64,000 nucleotides of DNA, from positions 124,001 through 188,000 of the IMG/VR virus record IMGVR_UViG_3300046005_000547; one strand, written 5' to 3'. This document shows positions 9,085 to 17,861 of the stretch, in pieces. Below the pieces are notes generated by a model. The model did no database searches and was not told the origin of the DNA. It saw only the letters and a program-made list of their open reading frames with translations. Every line of letters begins with the position of its first letter. Position 1 is the stretch's first letter. Made by a program: the position numbers and the translations under genes.

Positions 9085-11853
9085 ATGACAATAAACACAG
9101 ATACTTTACCAAAAGGATTGTATGTACCAAAACGATATGCAAAACAATCTAATATCAAACAGATTCAATTAGCCAATGTCAAAAGATTAGTTATTGCGTT
9201 AGAGGAAGCTGGTGTAACAAATGATGTATGTCAAGCTGCTGTATTAGGGATTTGTTCTGTTGAATCGGGATTTCTTCCTATTGAAGAATTGTATTCTGGT
9301 AACGATAAACAAGCGTATTTTACTCAACAATATTGTACAAGGAAAGGATTACCTGCGTCTCAATGGATTTACTATGGTAAAGGTATTATACAATTAACGG
9401 GTCTGGCTACATATAAAGATACAACAAAATGGTACAAGATAATCTACAAGGAAGATCCAGGAATTATCGAGGATCCGTTTAAAGTAATGAAAGATGATAT
9501 GATGATGAAAATTGTTGTATCTTTCCTATTCATGAAATTACCAAAATTAAGAGATATCCAATCATCACCCGATATTTTCACTATCATACAACAAAAGGTT
9601 AATAGTGGAACCAAAGATAAACATTTCTCCGAGAAACGTCAACGATATGAATTCTTCAAGTCGTTAGGTTCCGGATCAAAACCGACAACAGAAGGTCTTG
9701 CTTCTTTACCTCAAGTTAAAGAAGCATCAATGCCTCCAGAATATTCTCCTGTTACGCCTAAACCATCATACAAAGATTCTGGTAACACCGAACCCCAAAG
9801 AACTGATTCTGAAATATCAAAAGAACCTGCTCATAAACAAGAAGCATTCAGGGAAAATAGAGATGCCAATTTTTCTGAAATTGGATTTACAGATCCACAA
9901 GGTAAATATCCTCTAAGAGAATACATGAATGAATCTGACGTCAATAGATTATCAAGAGGTGTGTTAAGAAGGACTTGTATTGAATTTAAAGATTCAATTA
10001 GAAATGTTGGTATAGATCTACCATTTGGGAAGGAATATGAACAACCAAAATGTCCTATTTCGGCTCAATATCCATTTAATAAAGTAACGGAAACAGAATC
10101 TGGACATGTAATTGAATTAGATGATACACCAGGTAATGAACGTACACATTATTTCCATAGATCTGGTACATTCACCGAAATTGATGCCAATGGTACTACA
10201 GTTAATCAAATCATTGGTGATAATTATTCTATAATGGAAAGGAATGGATATGTTTATGTCAAAGGATCTTGTAATCTAACGGTAGAAGGACAAATTAACA
10301 TTAAATGTAATTCAGATGTTAATTTAGAAGTCAATGGTGATGCAAATTGCGCTTTCCATAATGATGTCACGGTTGGTGTAGCAAACGATTTAAATTTTAA
10401 TGTTGGTAACAATTTCAATCTTTCTATTGGTGGAGATTATAACCTAGAAACTGGAACTGTTGATAACAATCCAAAAGATACCAAAGAAGAAGATAAAGTG
10501 TATGGTGGATTTACGTATCGTTCGAAAGGTATACTCGGATTTGAATCTTCCGCTGGTATTTTCTTTAAATCTGGTAAAGATATAACATCATCTTCTTCTG
10601 GCGTGACATCGATAAGTTCTGGTGACAATTTGATTTTGTCTACGGGTAAAAGTTATTATCTTACTGCTTCATCTAATGTAACATTATCAAGTGGGTCCGA
10701 TATATTCTTATCGGCGTCATCTACTAACATATCAGGAGATTTACCATTAGAAGGATTCGTGACAAATAATCATGATACTGGTAATAGAACTGGTGCGAGT
10801 AATTCAGCACCAAAATCTCCAGACAATTCCCCTAAGATAGAGGAATTAGATATTTCGTTCAATCCTGTTTCCACTGTTAAAGTTGGCGATGAAGACGAAA
10901 GTAAGAATTTAGTTTCGGAAAATAGTAATTTCAAACGTAAATCTTTCAACAGGAAGTATCCAGAAGTGTTATCTTCTAATCAATCCATATTGGAACAATT
11001 ACAACCACCGGAGAGATCCGTCAGAGAAAATTCTAAATTCGAAAATGAAGATAATATGTCAAGAGAATTTAAAGAATATGATGAACGTAAATCTGCTGCT
11101 TTCCCAGATTTAAAAGATAAAGAAAAAGAACCAACTCCTCCACCAAACCCAGAAGCAAAACCAGATGAAAAAGTGGACGAAGATAAAGGTATGTCCGATA
11201 CGCATAAATCTCCTGAAGAAGTTTCCAAACCAACATCTAATCCTGAGATTCATAAAACTATTAGGAATAGTAAAGATTTTCCTTTGTCATTTAAAATCAG
11301 TAAGAATTTCACGTTGGGATCTTTTGTACCATTGAATGCGATGCCGCAGGATATACAATTACCAAAAGGATTAACGGATACTGGACCATCTCATATATTA
11401 TACAAACGAGAAGATCTAGTGGATAATCTAGCGTATCTAGCTGAAAATGTTGCTGAGGTATTATATGAAATGTTAGGTCCATCTAGAGGTAAGTATTCTT
11501 GTCAATCTCAAACTGGGGTATGGTGTGTGAATGATGGGTTGAGAACTAAGGCATCCGAGAATGGTAAGATTACTGGGTCAGACCATTTCAAAGGTAGGGC
11601 AATGGATATGAGATTGGATCCTAAGAAATCAAGATCTCAGATGTATAATCTTGTTCTTGATATTAAGAAGGCTTTACCTACATGGAAGCATTTGATATTG
11701 GAATATAGGGGAAGTGACCAGAATTGGATTCATATTTCATACGGAACTGAAACTGTTATGTCCACTGGTCAATCTGATGGTTCGTCAAACGAAAAAAGAA
11801 CATACACTTACGTAAATGATAAGAAAGTGTCCGAGAAGTTTGTATTGTATTAA
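9085..11853 (+). CDS. gp5: gp5 part B: GH19-like lysozyme, spike beta-helix, C-terminal M15-like peptidase
   Basis: YYGKGIIQLTG (GH19-like); YPFNKVTETESGHVIELDDTPGNER (gp5); SDHFKGRAMD and WIHIS (LAS/M15). Confidence 0.8.
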   Translation: MTINTDTLPKGLYVPKRYAKQSNIKQIQLANVKRLVIALEEAGVTNDVCQAAVLGICSVESGFLPIEELYSGNDKQAYFTQQYCTRKGLPASQWIYYGKGIIQLTGLATYKDTTKWYKIIYKEDPGIIEDPFKVMKDDMMMKIVVSFLFMKLPKLRDIQSSPDIFTIIQQKVNSGTKDKHFSEKRQRYEFFKSLGSGSKPTTEGLASLPQVKEASMPPEYSPVTPKPSYKDSGNTEPQRTDSEISKEPAHKQEAFRENRDANFSEIGFTDPQGKYPLREYMNESDVNRLSRGVLRRTCIEFKDSIRNVGIDLPFGKEYEQPKCPISAQYPFNKVTETESGHVIELDDTPGNERTHYFHRSGTFTEIDANGTTVNQIIGDNYSIMERNGYVYVKGSCNLTVEGQINIKCNSDVNLEVNGDANCAFHNDVTVGVANDLNFNVGNNFNLSIGGDYNLETGTVDNNPKDTKEEDKVYGGFTYRSKGILGFESSAGIFFKSGKDITSSSSGVTSISSGDNLILSTGKSYYLTASSNVTLSSGSDIFLSASSTNISGDLPLEGFVTNNHDTGNRTGASNSAPKSPDNSPKIEELDISFNPVSTVKVGDEDESKNLVSENSNFKRKSFNRKYPEVLSSNQSILEQLQPPERSVRENSKFENEDNMSREFKEYDERKSAAFPDLKDKEKEPTPPPNPEAKPDEKVDEDKGMSDTHKSPEEVSKPTSNPEIHKTIRNSKDFPLSFKISKNFTLGSFVPLNAMPQDIQLPKGLTDTGPSHILYKREDLVDNLAYLAENVAEVLYEMLGPSRGKYSCQSQTGVWCVNDGLRTKASENGKITGSDHFKGRAMDMRLDPKKSRSQMYNLVLDIKKALPTWKHLILEYRGSDQNWIHISYGTETVMSTGQSDGSSNEKRTYTYVNDKKVSEKFVLY

Positions 11854-11857
11854 TTGA

Positions 11858-11897
11858 AAAATCCCGATAGATGAAAATGTCTATCGGGATTCGTTTT
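11858..11897. terminator. Bidirectional intrinsic terminator
   Basis: AATCCCGATAGA..TCTATCGGGATT between convergent genes. Confidence 0.85.
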
Positions 11898-12303
11898 ATT
11901 TGTAATTTAATCTAACATCAGATAAATCATTCAATTGTAAAGGATCTACTTTAAGTGTCTTCTTGAATCTATCAAATTCATCATCATCCCAATTATCACC
12001 TTCTTTCCAAAATTTGATAATCTTAGACGAGTTCAATTCAACATATCTAATAACAATTTTCTTTTCTTTATCAGACATTTTAGTTTTATCTACCACTATT
12101 CTGAGTTGAGGAACAGATATTGTTAATTGTTCTTGTTTATCAGGGAAATTTGGATAGTATTTCACTCTACATCCATGAGACCCTTGTTCTGTTGAAATAT
12201 ATACAACACCTTTAGATAATCCAGTTTTAGATGGACCCAAATTTGCCATTTCAAACATTGTTGAATCTTCTATTTCTTCGCGTCATTCTTTAAATGTTTT
12301 CAT
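11896..12303 (-). pseudogene. Hypothetical protein with in-frame TGA at codon 7 (downstream part open 11896-12258)
   Basis: GGAGG RBS, then ATG AAA ACA TTT AAA GAA TGA CGC GAA in frame with MFEMANLG. Confidence 0.55.
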
Positions 12304-12335
12304 TTTTATTACCTCCAAATACATATTTTTATTCT

Positions 12336-12363
12336 ATTATAATGATTTTTAGATTCATCGAAA
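12336..12363 (-). promoter_or_regulatory. Early/middle promoter TTTCGA-N16-TATAAT
   Basis: Same architecture at 13340, 36367, 63723. Confidence 0.75.
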
Positions 12364-12382
12364 GACTTTTCTTTACGCAATA

Positions 12383-12420
12383 AAAACCATTAGACTTTTA
12401 CATCTAATGGGATTTTTATT
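12383..12420. terminator. Intrinsic terminator
   Basis: CCATTAGA..TCTAATGG stem flanked by A/T tracts. Confidence 0.75.
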
Positions 12421-12900
12421 TTAATTTTCTTCAGGTAATCGTTTAGGATAGAATGAAATTGATACATATCCTTTATTTGGTACAACTTCAGCGGGTTGTA
12501 CATATTCATGTTTAGAACACATACCAGATACATGAGATTGTAATTGTTTGAATTTAGATAGTTCCATGATGGTAGTATTATCATCAACCATTGTTTTATT
12601 TGGCGGTGTTACGATAAATGGATATGTGATTACAATTTTACCACCCGTTTTCTTAACATATGATTCTGTATTAGAATCATCAACATAGTCTTCGATAACA
12701 CCAATCAATCTACCAAGATCGTTACCAGATCTTGGATCTTTCTTTTTCAAATCGGTTAATACGGATCCTCCGAATTTTTCACCAAATTTGGTTGGGTCTA
12801 ATTTCTTATCTTTCATTTTAAATGATGTCATCGGATCTACGGCAATCTCGTTGACAAATTGTTCCATGACGATTGCTTGGAATTGTTTAAATGTACTCAT
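12421..12900 (-). CDS. Hypothetical, possible internal head protein
   Basis: N-terminus MSTFKQF..E resembles T4 capsid targeting sequence; ACTAAATA late promoter ~12936. Confidence 0.6.
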   Translation of the reverse strand: MSTFKQFQAIVMEQFVNEIAVDPMTSFKMKDKKLDPTKFGEKFGGSVLTDLKKKDPRSGNDLGRLIGVIEDYVDDSNTESYVKKTGGKIVITYPFIVTPPNKTMVDDNTTIMELSKFKQLQSHVSGMCSKHEYVQPAEVVPNKGYVSISFYPKRLPEEN

Positions 12901-12992
12901 TGTTTTGTTTCCCTATATTATATGTTATTATATGTTATTTAGTGTTTCAATAACAAAAATGCCGAAACAACCTAAGTCATTTCGGCATTTTA

Positions 12993-13199
12993 TTAACCAA
13001 CGTTTGCTTCGATAATAAGTTTAGAAGCTAACAACGCTTGACCAATTTTCAAATCAAGACCAATTCTGTGTAACAATTCAATAATAAGGAATTGGAAATT
13101 TACATTACAATTTTCGGTCATCACTAGATCCATAATTGAATCTAATTGAGTTTCTGTTAATTGGTCTTCAAATTCTTTTAAAGTAGCGAAAATGTTCAT
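12993..13199 (-). CDS. Hypothetical protein
   Basis: ORF with AGGA RBS, own promoter and downstream hairpin at ~12956-12992. Confidence 0.6.
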   Translation of the reverse strand: MNIFATLKEFEDQLTETQLDSIMDLVMTENCNVNFQFLIIELLHRIGLDLKIGQALLASKLIIEANVG

Positions 13200-13311
13200 T
13201 TTAACATCCTATAAGATAAAGTTTAAGCTCAAACGAGCGATTAAGTTTAATTTATAAGAATTAACCTATAATCAACCGATTTTAGTCGGGATATAGATTA
13301 GGAACTTATCC

Positions 13312-13326
13312 AAATTGTTAAAGAGC
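13312..13326 (-). promoter_or_regulatory. rrn-type boxA antitermination element
   Basis: Minus strand GCTCTTTAACAATTT just downstream of promoter 13340-13367. Confidence 0.65.
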
Positions 13327-13339
13327 TAACTTAAAATCT

Positions 13340-13367
13340 ATTATAAATGTTTTCTTTAACATCGAAA
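13340..13367 (-). promoter_or_regulatory. Early/middle promoter TTTCGA-N16-TATAAT
   Basis: Matches recurrent motif. Confidence 0.7.
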
Positions 13368-13426
13368 GAAATATCTTATAATCGTCGTGTTAAATAATAA
13401 CATCAAACACATTAAAGGAAATTCCA

Positions 13427-13783
13427 ATGAATTCAAAAATGCCACAACTAATTGCTTTATTATTCGACGCAAGAAATAAAGCCCATTATGCTCATCTTCA
13501 GACGACATCTTACGCACAACACATTGCATTAGGAAGTTATTATGAATCAATTGTAGGATTAGCTGATTCTTTAGTTGAAAATCATCAAGGTCGATACGGT
13601 ATCATTCAACAATATCCTACGGTCAATAATCCAACAGATCCAATTTTGTTGATTACAACTGTTCGTTCTTGGATTGACGCAAATAGAGCAGAATGTTCAG
13701 AGTTCTCAGAAATCCAAAACATCATCGATGAAGTTCAATCGTTAAACAATTCTACATTGTATAAATTGAACACTTTAAAATAA
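13427..13783 (+). CDS. Ferritin/Dps-like protein (DUF5856-type)
   Basis: AHYAHLQTTSYAQHIALGSYYE..DSLVE..QGRYG..NIIDE..TLYKL. Confidence 0.75.
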   Translation: MNSKMPQLIALLFDARNKAHYAHLQTTSYAQHIALGSYYESIVGLADSLVENHQGRYGIIQQYPTVNNPTDPILLITTVRSWIDANRAECSEFSEIQNIIDEVQSLNNSTLYKLNTLK

Positions 13784-13792
13784 GGGGTAATT

Positions 13793-14057
13793 ATGAAGAA
13801 AGTTTTTCTTAAAAAATCAATCGACAACTAATGGCCAAGAGATAACCCAATTCTTCGGAGGTGCAGCTTCCGCTATCCAAGTGAATGGTACAGGAACTTA
13901 TAACGTGTCACTATATGGATCTTTAGACGGTGTGTTCTATTCTCATATGATTACGGTTACTTCTAATGAAATCTATCAATTAGATTCTTTATCTGACGCA
14001 CATTTCAAATTAGTTGTTAATTCTAACAACGGTCTTCTTACGGTTATAATTTCATGA
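13793..14057 (+). pseudogene. Small beta-rich virion-like gene with one extra A in an A6 run
   Basis: AAGGGG RBS; removing one A at 13811-13816 gives an 87-aa ORF MKKVFLKNQSTTNG..LTVIIS whose TGA overlaps the next ATG. Confidence 0.6.
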
Positions 14058-14731
14058 TTACTTTAAGTGATTTAAAAGTGCTCACTTGGGCAGAGCGTCC
14101 AGTTGCAACAAGCGTTAAACCGTATGTTGATAGATTATTTTTTACGGATATCGGTGTGGGTGGCTCGGAATGGTATAGCGATGGTACTAGATGGTGCGCG
14201 GTTGGTGGTCAAGTTATTTTAAAATCACTTAAAACAACCGTTTCAATTCCAACTGTAAGCTGGTCAGCGAGTACAGGCACAAAAGATTTTGCACTCGACT
14301 ATAGTATTCCAGCGGGTTTATTAAACGCTGGCGATATTATCGAGTGCGAAGCGTTGGTGAATTGCTCTGAGGGAACATCCGTACAAGGGTTATATTTAAA
14401 TTTTTTTGTCGCAGGTTCGATTCAAATATCACAAATATCAAACGCGACACTGACATATAACGCTAATGCAAATACTAATATCAACACAAATTCACGAGCG
14501 TGCATGATTGGCGCAGCGCGATTAGATTCTAGCACGCTAATTTCAGGGGTAAGACCTGCATCACCTGCTGGTTTTGGTGTTCAAGCTAACTCAATGGTGC
14601 TTAGACAAGCTGTAATAAGCAACGTCAGTACAAACGCACTACCGATTACCGCAAAAGCAACTGCGACTACAGCATCGACAGGAACGTTAGCCATTGAATC
14701 GTACACAATTACACTCAAAACCTGCGGATAA
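14054..14731 (+). CDS. Putative virion/tail-fibre-associated protein
   Basis: S/T/A-rich beta protein; FFTDIGVGGSEWYSDGTRW; GC-richer than flanks. Confidence 0.55.
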   Translation: MITLSDLKVLTWAERPVATSVKPYVDRLFFTDIGVGGSEWYSDGTRWCAVGGQVILKSLKTTVSIPTVSWSASTGTKDFALDYSIPAGLLNAGDIIECEALVNCSEGTSVQGLYLNFFVAGSIQISQISNATLTYNANANTNINTNSRACMIGAARLDSSTLISGVRPASPAGFGVQANSMVLRQAVISNVSTNALPITAKATATTASTGTLAIESYTITLKTCG

Positions 14732-14847
14732 GGATAAGCTCGAACTGTTAGCTGTTTTGGAAGAACGCACATTACGTCAACGTAAGATTTTGTCGTATCT
14801 AACCGACATTGAGTTTTCTCTAATGTAGTTTTAACCGAATGTCAAAG

Positions 14848-14882
14848 AAATCCCAGACAATTTAACGTTGTCTGGGATTCTT
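14848..14882. terminator. Intrinsic terminator
   Basis: AATCCCAGACAA..TTGTCTGGGATT. Confidence 0.8.
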
Positions 14883-14901
14883 CTATAATTGGTATCTATG
14901 T

Positions 14902-15165
14902 TTAAATCTTCTTAAATTTGGTTGGTTTGAATGGTTCACTTGTTACGATTCTAACGGAATAACTATGAAATGATTTGTATACATCAACTCCGATAATACA
15001 TCGTTTGTTGTCCGTTTCCATCGGCAATAAACCGGATTCCCATAATTGTTCTATCTTACCATTCAATCGTTTTTCAAGTTCAGGTTGACAATTTCCATAA
15101 TAATCAGATTCAGGAAAATGACAACATCTCCAAATCTTATCAAATATAAATTGAACATTTTTCAT
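14902..15165 (-). CDS. Hypothetical protein
   Basis: Part of a tightly packed minus-strand run. Confidence 0.65.
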   Translation of the reverse strand: MKNVQFIFDKIWRCCHFPESDYYGNCQPELEKRLNGKIEQLWESGLLPMETDNKRCIIGVDVYKSFHSYSVRIVTSEPFKPTKFKKI

Positions 15166-15729
15166 TTAGATTACCATTCTATCAACATTAACTGATTCAA
15201 TCCTTTCGAAATATCCACTCCAAGGAAACGTATTAAATACAATTTCTTGTCCATCTTCTGCTCTGTATGTAATAATCCACGAATTAGACCAATCAGAATA
15301 ATGTTTATCATTATCTTTTAAATTGATTTCAACATTATCAAATTGTGGATACTCCGATTTAAATTTATCTCTCAATTCAGTTAATGATATTTTGGTTCTA
15401 TTACATCTAAACAATTCTTCAATATCTTTTGTTTCCTCGATAAATTCACTGAATCTATCGGCAATCTTCTCATCTAAGAATACACCTAGTCCTTCTGTTT
15501 GTCCGCAATACGAATACCCAAACGAATCTCCTGTTGAATATTCTATCCAGACAACATATAATCTATCACCAGATTGAATATCCAATGATGTTACGATATC
15601 CGGTTGTTGATTGACAAATTTAATTGATTTTAATTTGTTTTTATAACTTTCATGCCATTCGCCATATAGTTCTTCCGCTACTCTGGAATCTGTTAAATTA
15701 GAACTAATTACACATTCAATACCTTTCAT
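15166..15729 (-). CDS. Hypothetical protein
   Basis: 187-aa ORF abutting neighbours. Confidence 0.7.
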   Translation of the reverse strand: MKGIECVISSNLTDSRVAEELYGEWHESYKNKLKSIKFVNQQPDIVTSLDIQSGDRLYVVWIEYSTGDSFGYSYCGQTEGLGVFLDEKIADRFSEFIEETKDIEELFRCNRTKISLTELRDKFKSEYPQFDNVEINLKDNDKHYSDWSNSWIITYRAEDGQEIVFNTFPWSGYFERIESVNVDRMVI

Positions 15730-15732
15730 ATC

Positions 15733-16083
15733 TCACCATTCAACAATAATTCTAATGCCATCATCTTCCTTCTTAGAGGAAACCTTATACCCTAATTCAA
15801 TCAATTTATCTAAAGATCGTTTTTGATAACAATAAGAACCTTTATAGAAGTATTTGAATGAACATTTGAACTCACCTTTAGCTGCTTTCTTTTTGATTTG
15901 GAATAACCAATTATCAACAAACATTTGTAATTTGTTCTGTTGACGTTTAGAGATCCAATGAGCCCGTTTTGCTGTAAATATAGAATCCCAAGGTTCATTA
16001 TCGCAATAATCGAATCCTGGATCTATAATTTCATTTGTGTCTTCAAACATTCCTGAATCTTTAATACCTTTTAAACTATACAT
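15733..16083 (-). CDS. Hypothetical protein
   Basis: AGGAG RBS; first gene downstream of repeat-array promoter 1. Confidence 0.7.
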   Translation of the reverse strand: MYSLKGIKDSGMFEDTNEIIDPGFDYCDNEPWDSIFTAKRAHWISKRQQNKLQMFVDNWLFQIKKKAAKGEFKCSFKYFYKGSYCYQKRSLDKLIELGYKVSSKKEDDGIRIIVEW

Positions 16084-16139
16084 TTGCTTTCTCCTAAGTT
16101 GAAATTATTATATGTTAAATTGATAAAATATAAAAGTCG

Positions 16140-17820
16140 AGGAAGATACTATAAGAATATTAAAAACCATTAATAACTCTAGCTGAAACATCGACATAGT
16201 CTAGTATACGCTTGTTTTATCGATTTCGAAAGGAGTTTCTCGATGATTGTAATTTACACATTCGATTAACATTTCATCTTAAAGGCTCTTTCGATACATG
16301 GTATCTATTGATTCGATGTTATCGTTTAATTTAACAGTCCATATTGTTGATTTAAGATGGATTGATTATATCTTGTAGAGTTGATTGACATAATACAGGA
16401 AGATTCCACTAGGATGGATTATTGGACAAATAATGGATGTTAACAATTCAACATAGAACTATTATAATGTAAATTCCAAACAATAAAAATCCCGAAAGAA
16501 CTTTTGATTCAATCGGGATCTGAATGGCAGAGATTTTATGTTGAATAATTGATTAAATTAATACTCGATAAAGACATATTATTGTTCTTGTAGTAATATA
16601 AAAGACATTAAAGAATACTAAAACGTATTAATAGAACTAACTCAAACCGTCGACATAGTCTAGTATACGCTCGTTTTATCGAAAAGTCAAGAGAAAACTT
16701 TAACTTGTAATAATCATATTCGATGTCTAAGATTATCTTTCGATACGTTTAAGACTCTTTCGATGTTTGATTATAGTTGATTCGATACCCTCACTTAATT
16801 TAACATGGAAATTTGTTGATTTAAGATGGATTGGTTATATCCTGTAGAGTTGAATGATGTATATTGGAAAGATTCCACTAGGATGGATTATTGGACAAAT
16901 AACGGTTGTTATGTGAATGATTTGGAATAGGTATATTGTAAATTTTAAACAATAAAAATCCCACTCAGAATAAATCTGGTGGGATCTGATACGCAGAGAT
17001 TTTAATGTTGAATTATTGTATAGAATATACTCGATAAAGAGTCTTGTAGTAATATAGAAGAACACTTAATGAAAGTAAAGGTAATAACTGAAACGTCGAC
17101 ATAGTCTACTATACTACATTTTCTAGGATTTCGAAAGGAGTATTCTTATCCTGTAATAATCATATTCGATATGTCGTACATCGAAAGGATTATCTTAAGA
17201 TGTCCTCGATACATGATGATTACAGTTTCGATGTTCTTGTTTAATATAGACATCCATATTTGGATTTTAAGATGGATTGATTATATGACATAGAGTTGAT
17301 TGGTATATATTGTTTAAACTCCATTAGGATGGAATAACGAGCAAATAATGATTGTTATCAAACCAATATGGAATTGATATATTGTAAATTGAATCCAATA
17401 AAAATCCTGATGGAGTGGTTGGTTCTCATCAGGATTTGGAAGTAGAGATTTTAATGTTGAATTATAGTAATATAATAATGTCGATAAAGAATCTTGTAGT
17501 AATATAGAAGACATTAAAGAATATAAAAATGACCTTAAAGGCAATAACTGAAACGTCGACATAGTCTAGTATACCCGAGTTTCTAACATTTCGAAAGGAG
17601 TAATTAGACTCTGTAATAATCATATTCGATACCATATACATCGAAATACTATCTTAAGATGTCCTCGATACATGATTATAATTGATTCGATGTTAACATT
17701 AAATCCTGTCCAGAAATTTGCCAATATAAGATGGATTCAATATATCCTGTAGAGTTTCTTGTTTATTATACAAAGATTCCATTAACATGGAGTATTAACC
17801 AAACAATGACGATATTATAC
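16140..17820. repeat. Tandem array of four ~455-bp degenerate non-coding units (cluster 1)
   Basis: TCGACATAGTCTA at 16191, 16650, 17096, 17556; AAGATGGATT-N10-TGTAGAGTT block in each; hairpins at ~16485, ~16954, ~17400. Confidence 0.95.
16662..16690 (-). promoter_or_regulatory. sigma70-type promoter TTGACT-N17-TATACT inside repeat unit 2
   Basis: Near-consensus; other units have TTTCGA-N17-TATACT/TATAGT/TATGCT at the same place. Confidence 0.75.
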
Positions 17821-17829
17821 AATGGATAC

Positions 17830-17837
17830 TATAAATA
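17830..17837 (+). promoter_or_regulatory. T4-type late promoter TATAAATA
   Basis: Exact consensus upstream of GAGGAG RBS of 17862. Confidence 0.8.
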
Positions 17838-17861
17838 AATTAAAATTAGAGGAGAAAAATA

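Noticed and set aside
16191-16205. Group I intron S element (ACATAGTC) or hammerhead core (CTGAAAC) in the repeats
   Set aside because: No matching R/P7 partner, no CUGANGA, no flanking exons; motif is better explained as the region downstream of a minus-strand -10 box
16140-17820. CRISPR array
   Set aside because: Period ~455 bp with many degenerate blocks rather than identical 25-40 bp repeats with unique spacers; no cas genes in window
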